From Tepidisphaeraceae bacterium (GTDB lineage: Bacteria; Planctomycetota; Phycisphaerae; Tepidisphaerales; Tepidisphaeraceae), in assembly GCA_050018415.1 (NCBI GenBank), contig JBEKAB010000033.1, positions 1 to 45,012 on the forward strand: DNA of 45,012 nt. The letters run 5' to 3'. The first letter of the stretch is position 1. Each line of letters begins with the position of its first letter. Below the pieces are notes generated by a model. That model searched no databases. It saw only the letters and a program-made list of their open reading frames with translations, and was not told the origin of the DNA. Below, one piece after another: positions 18,479 through 27,401 of the stretch. The position numbers and the translations under genes are program-made.

Positions 18479-21400
18479 CTACGCCAGCAGTTTTCGCCGC
18501 AGATCATCCGTCGTGGCGAGGCTGGCGATAACGTTTTGCGTCTGCCCGCCGCCGCCCAATCCACTGCTGGCCGCCGTGTCCGACGACGCAAGACTGGCGG
18601 CGATCGAAGGCCCGGACGAGAAGCTGGCCACCACCGCCGCGGGGCTGATGTCCGAGGACCCCAGCAAGGGATCCGACGGCGGGCCCAAACGAGCGGCGTT
18701 GTTTTTCTGTTGCATGGCGATGAGCATCGGGCCCAGCGGAACGCCGTTGAACAGGAACCGTGTCGTGGGCGGCTCGATGACCTGAAGGTCGCTGGACAGG
18801 GCCGTGCCGTAGGTACGGTTGGTAGCCTCCAGGACGTACGTGCCCAGGGCGGAGAGCGAGAGGTCGTTGAAGGCGGCGATGCCGTTGACGGTGGAAGCGC
18901 TGAGCGTGCCGTCGATCGTGGCGCCGGCGGGTCCGCTGTTGAGGCTGAGGGTCACGGTGGCGCCGCTGGTGTTCGTGACGTTTCCGAAGACGTCTTCAAT
19001 GCCGACCCACACGGCCGGCGTAAGCGGGCTGTTCGACCACGAGCTGCTGGGCTGCTGCACAAACCCGATGCCGCGGGGCGTGGCGGCCAAGACCGTGAAG
19101 GCGGCCGAGGTGCCCGGGGCGAGGCTTGCGTCGGTGGCCCTGAGCGTGTGCGTTCCGGCGATATGCAGCCATAGATTACTGAACGTTGCGACGCCGTTTT
19201 GGACCGGCGCGGCAAGCGTCCCATACAAAGATCCGGAGCCGCTGCCCAGCGACAAGGTCACGGTGCTGTCGTCGGTGGTCTCCAGATTTCCGAAGGCGTC
19301 CTCGACCCAGACGGTCACGGCGGGGGTGATCGTGCTGCCGGCTGTGACGTTGGTGGGCTGCTGGACAAAACCCAATTTAGCCAGTGCGCCGACGGTGATC
19401 GTGAAATTTGACGAGGTGACGCTCAGAGAGCCAATGCTGGTGATCGCCGTCGCCTTTAGCGTGTAGGTGCCCACGGTGTCCAGGGACAGGTCGCTGAAGG
19501 TGGCCACGCCGTTTTGGGTCAGCTCGCTGAGCGTGCCGTTGAGCGAGCCGGGACCGCTGCCGACCGCCAGCGTGATTTGGCCGATGTACCCGGTGATCAG
19601 GTTGCCGTCGTTGTCCTCCAGGCCGACCGTCACGGCCGGGGTGATGGTGGCGCCGGCGGCCGTTTGCGTGGGCTGCTGCACAAAGCCCAGTTTCGCCAGA
19701 GTTCCCGCGTTGATCTGGAACGACGAGGAAGTCGCGCTGGTGAGGCTTCCGTCGGCGGCCTGGAGTTGATAGGTGCCGGCGAGGTTGAGGGACAGATCGC
19801 TGAAGGTGGCCACGCCGTTGACCGCCGGTTCGGTCAGCGTGCCGCTCAGCGTCGCCCCCGCCGGCGGACCGCTGAAAATGGACAGAGTCACGCTGGAGGT
19901 GTCGCTGGTGGCGAGGTTGCCGTACTCGTCTTCGACATCGACCGTCACCGCCGGGGTGATCGTGCTGCCGGCCGTCGTGTTCGTCGGCTGTTGGGCGAAG
20001 ACCAACCTGCCCTGCACGGACCCCACCAGATACGGAATCAACGTGTTGGCAATGGGCGTGCCCAATCCGGTGGCCAGGTCGTAGCCGGTCGTGGCGGGAT
20101 AGCCGTTGTTGCCGTCGGTGATGTCGTGGAAGTCCGAGGCGGCCCCAGGGCTATACAGCATCGGAAGGGTCTGGGTGACTCCGTCGAGGGTGGGAAGACT
20201 GATCAGAGCACGGCCCTGGTTGGCGATGGCGATCAGCCCGGCCCACATAGGCGCTGCCAGGCTGGTTCCACCGACCTGCGACCACGCACCCTGGTAGTAC
20301 ACGTAGACGCCGGTGTAGTAATCGGCATCCATGGAAACGTCCGGAGTGGTTCGGTAGGTGGTGCTAGCGCCGTTGACGTTGCCGGTTTGATAGCTGGGTT
20401 GCAACTCGAACAGGCTGACGCCGCCGCCCCCGCCGTCCCAGGCGGCCTCGCCCCCGTAGGTTCCGTTGCTGCTGATGGACAGGCGCGTGCCGCCCACGGA
20501 GACGACGTTGGGAGACATCGCGGGGTAGGAGGCGAAGGGCGCCGCATAGTCGCCGGAACTGGCAAGGAACGTGATGGGCGTATGGCCCGATGGCGCGGTG
20601 AAAGTCCCATTGTCGGCGGTCTGGCTCGCGGTATCTGCAAGGCCCCAACTCATCGAAACGACGGAGACACCCTTATAATCCGCGGCGGCAGTCACGGCCG
20701 TCATAAGATCGCCCGGGGTGTTGGCTTCAACCACCACGATGTTGGCCTTGGGGGCCACGGCGTGTGCCCACTCGACGTCCAACGACTCCTCCACGATCCA
20801 CCCGGCTTCATCGGCCGTCGGCGGGCTGGAGTCTACGGGCAAGGGCGTGAGCTGGCCGTCCTGGTTCACCACCGTCAGCGTCGGTCCGCCGGTGACGTTG
20901 AACTGCGGCAAATTAAAAAATTGGCTGAAAAAATTGGCGTCGGAAACGATGCTGGAATCGTCGTAGGCATCCACGATGGCGATCGTCTGACCACTCCCGT
21001 CGCCCGCCGTCCCGGCGAACGAAATCAGATTGATGCCGTAGACGGCGTCAATCTGAGCCGGACTGTATGGAACGGCGGCATTCGTCGAGCCGGGCACGAC
21101 GTCCGGAGCGGCGACCGGCCCCAGGTAGATGATGGGTAGCTCAACCTGGTCCTGCGTCGCCGGACCGGCGGCGGGACTGGCATTGGCTCCCGATCCGCCG
21201 GAAGCGGACGACGAAATCCCCGCGCTGCCAGAGGAAGAAGCTGCGCTGCTGCCATCGCTACCCGTACCAACGATTTGCGCGATCTCAAAGGCGCCGATGT
21301 CCACGACGTTGTTGACGACGCGGGGGAATCCGCTGCCGCGTTGATCCGTTGTGAGCGCATTACCATAGAAATCGACGGCCAGGGCGTTGCTGCCCGCGTC

Positions 21401-23512
21401 GATGGCCGGGCTGCCGAACAGCAGGGCCATGGTCTGCGTCGGCCCGCCGTTGTCTTGCAGCGGGCCCAGGTTGGCAGCGGAGCCGACGATGTTGTTGTTG
21501 ATGCCGTTGATCAACCCGCCGGCGGCGTTGTTGCCCGCCGTGTCCAATCGCGTCGTCACGAGGTTGTACGAACTGGGCGTCTGGCCGGACGCCAGGGCTT
21601 GGTCCAACGTACCGCTGATATCCAAACCTGAGGGAATGGAGGCCGTGGTAATCACGCTGTCCGCAACAATGGTGTTGTACAGCGTTGTGTCGCCTGCGTT
21701 GATGTCAATGCCAGCGCCCACAGTGACACCAAAGTGCTGGCCGACGGCTGTATTGCTCGCTATCGTCGTGTTCGTCGCGGTCAAAGTGCCCGCAGACCAA
21801 ATGCCGCCCCCGGCGGCATCGGCGGCGGTCGCAGTATCGAGAGCTTGGTTGCTGGCAATCGTGCTGTTGACAATGGCAACGGTGTCATCGCCAGCGATGT
21901 AAATGCCGCCGCCGAACGCATAAACGGTGGATGGGGGAGGACTCCCGGACGACTGTGCAGTGCTGGTGGCGAGATTGAGGGAGATCGTGCTGTTGGCAAT
22001 GGTCTCGTAGTCGGCGTTGCTGTAAATGCCGCCACCTTCACTAAACCCACCCGAAGTAACTGAATTGGCCTGTACCGTGGAGGTATCCAGGTCAACCGTG
22101 CCACTGTTGCTGTAGATGCCGCCGCCCTCACTGTTGCCGCCCTGCTGGGAGTTGCTGGCCGCGTTGTTCGAAATCGTGCTGTTGCTGATCACCAGCGTGG
22201 GGATCAGGGTGGCGACGCCCCCGTTGTCGTTGTCGATGCCGCCGCCGGTGGCATCGCCGCCAAAGCCTGACGGTACGGTCACCGTGTTGCCGGAGATGGT
22301 TGCGCTATCGATGCTGACCACGCCGCCCAGGTTGTAGATGCCGCCGCCCGCCACGGCGGCGTTGTTCAAAATGCTGTTGCCGACGGGCTCGTTGTTCACA
22401 ATACTGCCGGTGAAGGTGATGGTGCCCTGGTCGTTGTAGATGCCGCCGCCATATTCCGACGCGGTGTTGCCGGAGATCGTGGAGGCGGTGATGAGCAGCA
22501 CGGCGCCGGTGAAATTGAAAATGCCGCCGCCCAAATCTGCTGTGCTGCCCGAGACGGTCGTGCTGTCGAGGCTGACCGTGCCGTTGGCGTAGTTGGCGAT
22601 GGCGCCGCCCCAGTCCGCCGCCGAAGAGGGGTTGATGGTGCTGCTGGTGATGTTGAGCGTGCTGTTGGCTTCGTTGCAGATGGCGCCGCCGGCGATGTTA
22701 GCCGTGCCGCTGATGGTCGAGCCGGAAATCGTGACCGTACCGCCGTTGGTGTTGAGAATGGCTCCGCCGGTATCGGCGATGCCTGTAAGGGCAGTGTTGG
22801 CGATGTTGACCGTGCCGCCGTTGTTGTAGATGCCCCCGCCCAACTCGCCGTGGCCGGAAATGAGCGACGTGGCGGGGGAGTCCCCCGAGATGTTCAGCGT
22901 TCCACCGGAGTCGTTGTAGATGGCCCCGCCGCTGCCTTCGAGGGTCCCTGCGGGCAACGGCGTCAACGACTTATACGTTGCCTGCGCCACGCCGATGACG
23001 TCGCAATTGCTCAGGTTGAGCGTGCCGTTGTTGTAAATGTCGCCGGCGGAGGTCGCTCCATAGTAATTGCCGCCGCTGGTGGTTATCCCCGTTAGGGTCA
23101 ATGCTGCGCCCGGATCGATCTCAAACACCGTCGCGTCGTCGTTGCCGTTCACGGCGACGGCGGAGGAGCCCGTGATGGTGGTGGTTCCACCGGTGAAAAT
23201 CAAAGGTCCGTTGTGCAGCGGGCTGTTGAGAAGGTTGATCGTGCCGGAGAGACTGGGGTCGAAGTTGATGGCGTTGGCACCGCCGCTGGCCATCGCCTGC
23301 TCAACGGCCCATCGCAATGATCCAGCGCGACCGTCGTCCGCCAGGGTGGTGATCGTGTACGTCGTGAGCAAAAGGCGCCTCTCCAGCACCTCCATCAGGA
23401 CCTTGATGCCGCGGCCGCGGCGGCCCCGATGGTGGCGCCGGGCACGCCAAACATCTGAAAACGACACCGTTGGAAACGCGCCCACTGTCGGCCGGAAAAA
23501 TCGGCTGCCCAT
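18479..23512 (-). CDS. giant multidomain secreted protein: N-terminal LExLERRLLL motif, Pmp-like parallel beta-helix, choice-of-anchor-Q-like segment, S53 sedolisin peptidase domain, 4 Ig-like (Big) repeats
   Basis: 1677 aa from the ATG preceded by AAGGAG. About 16 GG[AG]I[YFW]N beta-helix repeats. LGPLQDNGGPTQTMALLFGSPAIDAG motif. S53 catalytic residues: E in IVEESLDVEWAHAVAP, D in ASSGDYAAP, S in GGTSLAAPMWAG. Four roughly 100-aa repeats of the pattern F.QQPT..AG..ITPAVTV...D..GN...NGVATFS.L.L...GTY.L.A. Confidence 0.85.
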   Translation of the reverse strand: MGSRFFRPTVGAFPTVSFSDVWRARRHHRGRRGRGIKVLMEVLERRLLLTTYTITTLADDGRAGSLRWAVEQAMASGGANAINFDPSLSGTINLLNSPLHNGPLIFTGGTTTITGSSAVAVNGNDDATVFEIDPGAALTLTGITTSGGNYYGATSAGDIYNNGTLNLSNCDVIGVAQATYKSLTPLPAGTLEGSGGAIYNDSGGTLNISGDSPATSLISGHGELGGGIYNNGGTVNIANTALTGIADTGGAILNTNGGTVTISGSTISGTANIAGGAICNEANSTLNITSSTINPSSAADWGGAIANYANGTVSLDSTTVSGSTADLGGGIFNFTGAVLLITASTISGNTASEYGGGIYNDQGTITFTGSIVNNEPVGNSILNNAAVAGGGIYNLGGVVSIDSATISGNTVTVPSGFGGDATGGGIDNDNGGVATLIPTLVISNSTISNNAASNSQQGGNSEGGGIYSNSGTVDLDTSTVQANSVTSGGFSEGGGIYSNADYETIANSTISLNLATSTAQSSGSPPPSTVYAFGGGIYIAGDDTVAIVNSTIASNQALDTATAADAAGGGIWSAGTLTATNTTIASNTAVGQHFGVTVGAGIDINAGDTTLYNTIVADSVITTASIPSGLDISGTLDQALASGQTPSSYNLVTTRLDTAGNNAAGGLINGINNNIVGSAANLGPLQDNGGPTQTMALLFGSPAIDAGSNALAVDFYGNALTTDQRGSGFPRVVNNVVDIGAFEIAQIVGTGSDGSSAASSSGSAGISSSASGGSGANASPAAGPATQDQVELPIIYLGPVAAPDVVPGSTNAAVPYSPAQIDAVYGINLISFAGTAGDGSGQTIAIVDAYDDSSIVSDANFFSQFFNLPQFNVTGGPTLTVVNQDGQLTPLPVDSSPPTADEAGWIVEESLDVEWAHAVAPKANIVVVEANTPGDLMTAVTAAADYKGVSVVSMSWGLADTASQTADNGTFTAPSGHTPITFLASSGDYAAPFASYPAMSPNVVSVGGTRLSISSNGTYGGEAAWDGGGGGVSLFELQPSYQTGNVNGASTTYRTTPDVSMDADYYTGVYVYYQGAWSQVGGTSLAAPMWAGLIAIANQGRALISLPTLDGVTQTLPMLYSPGAASDFHDITDGNNGYPATTGYDLATGLGTPIANTLIPYLVGSVQGRLVFAQQPTNTTAGSTITPAVTVDVEDEYGNLATSDTSSVTLSIFSGPPAGATLSGTLTEPAVNGVATFSDLSLNLAGTYQLQAADGSLTSATSSSFQINAGTLAKLGFVQQPTQTAAGATITPAVTVGLEDNDGNLITGYIGQITLAVGSGPGSLNGTLSELTQNGVATFSDLSLDTVGTYTLKATAITSIGSLSVTSSNFTITVGALAKLGFVQQPTNVTAGSTITPAVTVWVEDAFGNLETTDDSTVTLSLGSGSGSLYGTLAAPVQNGVATFSNLWLHIAGTHTLRATDASLAPGTSAAFTVLAATPRGIGFVQQPSSSWSNSPLTPAVWVGIEDVFGNVTNTSGATVTLSLNSGPAGATIDGTLSASTVNGIAAFNDLSLSALGTYVLEATNRTYGTALSSDLQVIEPPTTRFLFNGVPLGPMLIAMQQKNNAARLGPPSDPLLGSSDISPAAVVASFSSGPSIAASLASSDTAASSGLGGGGQTQNVIASLATTDDLRRKLLA
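18788..20020 (-). repeat. four tandem ~300-bp coding repeats (Ig-like domain units) inside the giant gene
   Basis: Protein repeats ...LAKLGFVQQPT..AG.TITPAVTV.. recur four times. Antisense ORFs in the track show a 306-bp periodicity (19467 and 19773). Coordinates are approximate. Confidence 0.7.
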
Positions 23513-23823
23513 CGTCACTCCTTGTTCACCCCATCTCCCGTTCCGGAGACAACCGGCATTCTAACTGCACGCGATAGACGCACAAAAAAAATCCGTGGTA
23601 ACCGGCACTGCACCGCACCTTGGCGCCAATACCGATAATCTGGGTAAATATGGAATTGTTGCCACGTCGAATAGCTGAACCGGAAACAAGCTGTAACGAT
23701 TTTATCAGATATGACGAGTGCTCAACCCGCCTCCTCCCGCCACGTCCGATAAAACACAATCTACGCACCGTCCCATCGCATGGACGGCTTGCTCTTGCCT
23801 CGCGCCCGCGCGGAAATCCCGTG

Positions 23824-24732
23824 CTATTTCGGTCCCTGCGGATTGACGGCTTCCGCGTGAGCGGGGTTGACGCTCTTGGCAAATCGATCCGCCAGGATCG
23901 CGCCGCCGGGGTTGTTCATCGCGGCGATCTGCTCGGCCACGCGTTTGACGCGCTCGGAGATGCCGGGATGCGTGCTCATCAGTTGTCCGCCGGCGGCGCT
24001 GCCCTGCAATTGCTCGAGGCGCTGCAGAAACCGCAGGTAACTATGCGGGTCGTAACCCGCGGCGGTCATGATCTTGACGCCTTCCTGGTCGGCGGCGAAT
24101 TCCTGCGGCTGCGTGTAGCCGGTCTTGGTGATCACGTCGATGCCGGCGTCCGTTAGAGCGGAAAACCGCGCGATGTCGTTGTTGGCCTTGAGGGCTTCGG
24201 TGAGCGCCCCCTGCTGCTCGGCGGCCTGGACTTGGTGCAAACCATCGTGGTGGCAGACGTGGCCGATCTCGTGCGACAGCACCCCGGCCAGCGCCGCCTC
24301 GTCTTGCACGTTTTCCAGCAGGCCACGGGTGATGAAGACGTAACCGTTGGGGCCGGAGAAAGCGTTGACTTCGCTGGTGTCCAGCACGCCAAAGACGTAA
24401 TTGCCGCCGGGGTTGGGCGACGCGCTGGCGACGGTCAGGCCCACCAACGTCACGTACGTTTGCACCTGGTCATTGTTGTAGAGGCCGTAGTGGCTGGTGA
24501 GCGAAACGCCGACGGATTGGCCCATGGCGTCTTCGTCCTTTTCGCTCAGGGCCAGGGCGTTCATTTCATGTCCGCCGGCCTTGATGAGCTGGCCGGTGGA
24601 GCCGCCGACGAGATTGCCCAGCGTATCGGCGTTGAGCGGACTATTTTTCCCGCATCCGCCGGCCAGCGCCATCGCCGTCGCCGCCGCCGCCGCCACCGCC
24701 AACAACCCCCATGTCCATGCGCGAAGTTTCAT
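23824..24732 (-). CDS. M48-family zinc metallopeptidase lipoprotein (LoiP/YggG-like)
   Basis: Signal peptide with lipobox (LAGGC). HEIGH zinc-binding motif (LSHEIGHVCHHDG) and a downstream E. Confidence 0.78.
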   Translation of the reverse strand: MKLRAWTWGLLAVAAAAATAMALAGGCGKNSPLNADTLGNLVGGSTGQLIKAGGHEMNALALSEKDEDAMGQSVGVSLTSHYGLYNNDQVQTYVTLVGLTVASASPNPGGNYVFGVLDTSEVNAFSGPNGYVFITRGLLENVQDEAALAGVLSHEIGHVCHHDGLHQVQAAEQQGALTEALKANNDIARFSALTDAGIDVITKTGYTQPQEFAADQEGVKIMTAAGYDPHSYLRFLQRLEQLQGSAAGGQLMSTHPGISERVKRVAEQIAAMNNPGGAILADRFAKSVNPAHAEAVNPQGPK

Positions 24733-24747
24733 GATTTGGTCCTCGTC

Positions 24748-25260
24748 TTATGGCGCGCCGGGCGCATCGGGTCCGACCTTGCCCTCGGCGGTGAATGCCT
24801 GCCATTGCTTGGGATCGATGGATTTGCGGAACGCGATCAATCGGTTCATGGGGCCGGGATCCAGGTTCTTGTCCCTGGCCCAGTCGTCGGCCTCGGCCGC
24901 CAGCCCCTTGCCCGCGGCGCCGGTGCTCATGTTGGTCGCTTCAGCCCCGGCGCCCATATCCGACAGCAGGTTCCCCCCGCCGCCCACCTTTTCCGTGGAT
25001 ATGGCGTTCTCGTAAACGTACCCTTCCTGATCGCCGACTTTCACTCTCAGCCATTTGCCCTCGTGCGCCACGACGGTCAGTTGCGTGCCTTTCTGGACCG
25101 TGGCGATCACGGGAAAAACCGCCCCCTTGCCGGAGCGGATTTGCACCGTCTCGCTTTTGATCCAGACATCCTCGGCCACCGCCACCGCGGCCACCAGCAG
25201 GGCGGCGCTCAGCACGGCAACGAACACGGTATTGCGACGACTCTTCGGCTTCATGGACAA
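24748..25260 (-). CDS. secreted SH3b-domain protein
   Basis: Signal peptide followed by a bacterial SH3-like segment (WIKSETVQIRSGKGAVFPVIATVQKGTQLTVVAHEGKWLRVKVGDQEGYVYENAI) and a Gly/Ala-rich tail. It lies 36 nt downstream of the cyclase gene and 15 nt upstream of the M48 gene. Confidence 0.6.
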   Translation of the reverse strand: MSMKPKSRRNTVFVAVLSAALLVAAVAVAEDVWIKSETVQIRSGKGAVFPVIATVQKGTQLTVVAHEGKWLRVKVGDQEGYVYENAISTEKVGGGGNLLSDMGAGAEATNMSTGAAGKGLAAEADDWARDKNLDPGPMNRLIAFRKSIDPKQWQAFTAEGKVGPDAPGAP

Positions 25261-25296
25261 ATGCCCCTTTCTGTTTTTCGCCGCGGCGCTGCCCGG

Positions 25297-27327
25297 TCAT
25301 TTTTCCTTCGCGACGTAGACGCCATCCCAGTCGTCCGGCGGTGGGTCGTTGCGAAGCGTGGCAATGCGCCGCAGCAGGGCCTTGATCGCACCATCATCCG
25401 CAAAACGGCCCTCAAGCTCAAGCAATTCCTTTTGGGCCGGGTCCCACTGCCGATGCTGGTACAGCGAAAAGGCCCTTTCATATCCGGATACCAGCGATTG
25501 CAACTGGCCGTCGGCCGGCAAAGCCCCCCGTTCGGCCAGCAGTTCGTACACGGCCATGGGCTGGCGCTTGCCCTTGACGCGCAGAACATCCAGCTTTCGC
25601 AGGATGAAACGATCGCGCACCAACTCGGCGGTCGGCTGCGAAATCATGATGCGCGTGCCGTAGATCTTGTTGGCGCCCTCCAGGCGGCTGGCCAGGTTCA
25701 CGCCGTCGCCCAGGGCGGTGTAGTTGAACAGGTGGGATGAGCCGACGAATCCCACCGCCGCATCCGTCGTGTTGATGCCGATGCGAGTGAAGATCTTGGC
25801 CGCGCCCAGTTGCCGCAGTTCCTCGCGGATGGCCGACTCGCGGACCGCGATCGCCAGCGCCGTCCGGCAGGCGCGGGTGGCATGATCCTCCTGCGGCAGC
25901 GGCGCGCCCCAGAAACACATGATCGCGTCGCCGATGTACTTATCCAGCGTCCCTTGATGCAACAGCACCTGGTCGGACATTTCCCCCAGGTAGCGGTTCA
26001 GGAGCTGGCCGAGTTTTTCCACGTCCATGGCTTCGCTCATGTCCGTGAAATTGGCCAGATCGGTAAACAGCAGGGTGATGCGCGTGCGGATGGTGCCCAG
26101 GGCCAGGCGCTGCGGCTCGCGGGCAAGCTGCTGGGCCACCGCGGGCGAAACCACTTTAGACAACGCCTTGAGCATGAAGCGACGCTGACGGTCCTCGGCG
26201 AAATACGTCCAGCCGAACGCCGCCACCGTCGCCACCGCCACGGCCAGCAGCGGCCCGGTGGACGAGAGCCAGCGAATCTCCGGCCGCATAAACAGCCACG
26301 AGCCGAACCCCAGCACCATGGCCACGGCCAGGATCGGACCCAGGATTTTGGCCATCACCCGCCGCGGAAAGACCACCGCGATCGTGGTCAGCGCCGTGGC
26401 CGCCAACGTCAAAAGCATGTGGAACAGCGGCGTCACCGCCCGAACGCGCTGGCCGGCGATCAGGTTTTCCATCGCCGTTGCCTGGATCTCCACGCCGGGA
26501 TATTCCGCCGACAGCGGGGATGATTTGAGGTCGAACGTGCCGAGGGTGATCGTGCCGATCAGCACGATTTTCCCGCGGAACCAGTCGGGGGAGATGCCCG
26601 CGGCTTTGGCCGCGGCGTCGCCCTGCAGGGCCGCGCCCAACACCGCCGCCGCGGAAATGAACCGGTGCGTGTGATGGCCATCCGCCGTCGCGTACGGGCC
26701 GTAATAATGAAGCAGAAAGGGCGCGCTGGGCGCCAGCTTGGGCGGCTGGCCGGCGGCATTGGCCGCCGCCACCGCCAGGCTCGGCCGGCCGTACACCTGC
26801 GGATCGTACTGGCGATAAATGACATCCTTGCCGACGTTGACCGCCCCGAACGTCGGCTTGGCCACGGGCGGGGCAAAATGGTCCCAGCTTCCATCCGCAT
26901 TCACCAGCGAGCCGAATACCACGGGAACCTTGACGGCCCCCACCAGCTTGGCAAACGCATCATCATCCCCCGTGGAGTTCTGATAAACGCTGGTCTGGCT
27001 GAAAACCAGGTCAAACGCGACGGCGCGGGCACCGCATTTGTCCAGGTATTCAACCATGTGTCCCCAGAACTCGCGCGGCCAGGGCCAACCGTAGCTGAAG
27101 GCCTTGTCCACCGCCTGGAGGCTGCGGTCGTCCACGGCGACGATGACCACCGGGCCGTTGGTCCGGTCATCCAGCGGTCGCAGATGGTAAAACGCGTCGT
27201 AAAAGACGTTGTCGCCCCGTTGGATCACGTCCCGCAAGAGCGGCGCGGCCGCGGACATCCAGGCGATCAGCCCCGCACCGACCACGATCACCAGGCACAC
27301 CAGCATCCGTCGAATGATCCGTCCCAC
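25297..27327 (-). CDS. membrane adenylate/guanylate cyclase with periplasmic CHASE2 sensor domain (class III cyclase)
   Basis: N-terminal TM helix, about 300-aa extracytoplasmic region, 3 TM helices, then a CYCc catalytic domain (LLFTDLANFTDMSE...YIGDAIMCFWGAP...GINTTDAAVGFVG). Start is GTG 27327 per the ORF track; ATG 27306 is an alternative. Confidence 0.85.
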   Translation of the reverse strand: MGRIIRRMLVCLVIVVGAGLIAWMSAAAPLLRDVIQRGDNVFYDAFYHLRPLDDRTNGPVVIVAVDDRSLQAVDKAFSYGWPWPREFWGHMVEYLDKCGARAVAFDLVFSQTSVYQNSTGDDDAFAKLVGAVKVPVVFGSLVNADGSWDHFAPPVAKPTFGAVNVGKDVIYRQYDPQVYGRPSLAVAAANAAGQPPKLAPSAPFLLHYYGPYATADGHHTHRFISAAAVLGAALQGDAAAKAAGISPDWFRGKIVLIGTITLGTFDLKSSPLSAEYPGVEIQATAMENLIAGQRVRAVTPLFHMLLTLAATALTTIAVVFPRRVMAKILGPILAVAMVLGFGSWLFMRPEIRWLSSTGPLLAVAVATVAAFGWTYFAEDRQRRFMLKALSKVVSPAVAQQLAREPQRLALGTIRTRITLLFTDLANFTDMSEAMDVEKLGQLLNRYLGEMSDQVLLHQGTLDKYIGDAIMCFWGAPLPQEDHATRACRTALAIAVRESAIREELRQLGAAKIFTRIGINTTDAAVGFVGSSHLFNYTALGDGVNLASRLEGANKIYGTRIMISQPTAELVRDRFILRKLDVLRVKGKRQPMAVYELLAERGALPADGQLQSLVSGYERAFSLYQHRQWDPAQKELLELEGRFADDGAIKALLRRIATLRNDPPPDDWDGVYVAKEK

Positions 27328-27401
27328 GCCCCATAGTGTAACCGCAAGCGCGGGGGTGTTGGAAAGCGGACCAGAATCGGTAAGAATTGTGTCTCATCTC
27401 C

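Noticed and set aside
19514-21139. 541-aa plus-strand ORF and several others antisense within the giant gene
   Set aside because: Antisense artefacts of a GC-rich repetitive gene. The sense frame carries coherent beta-helix, S53 and Ig domain signatures.
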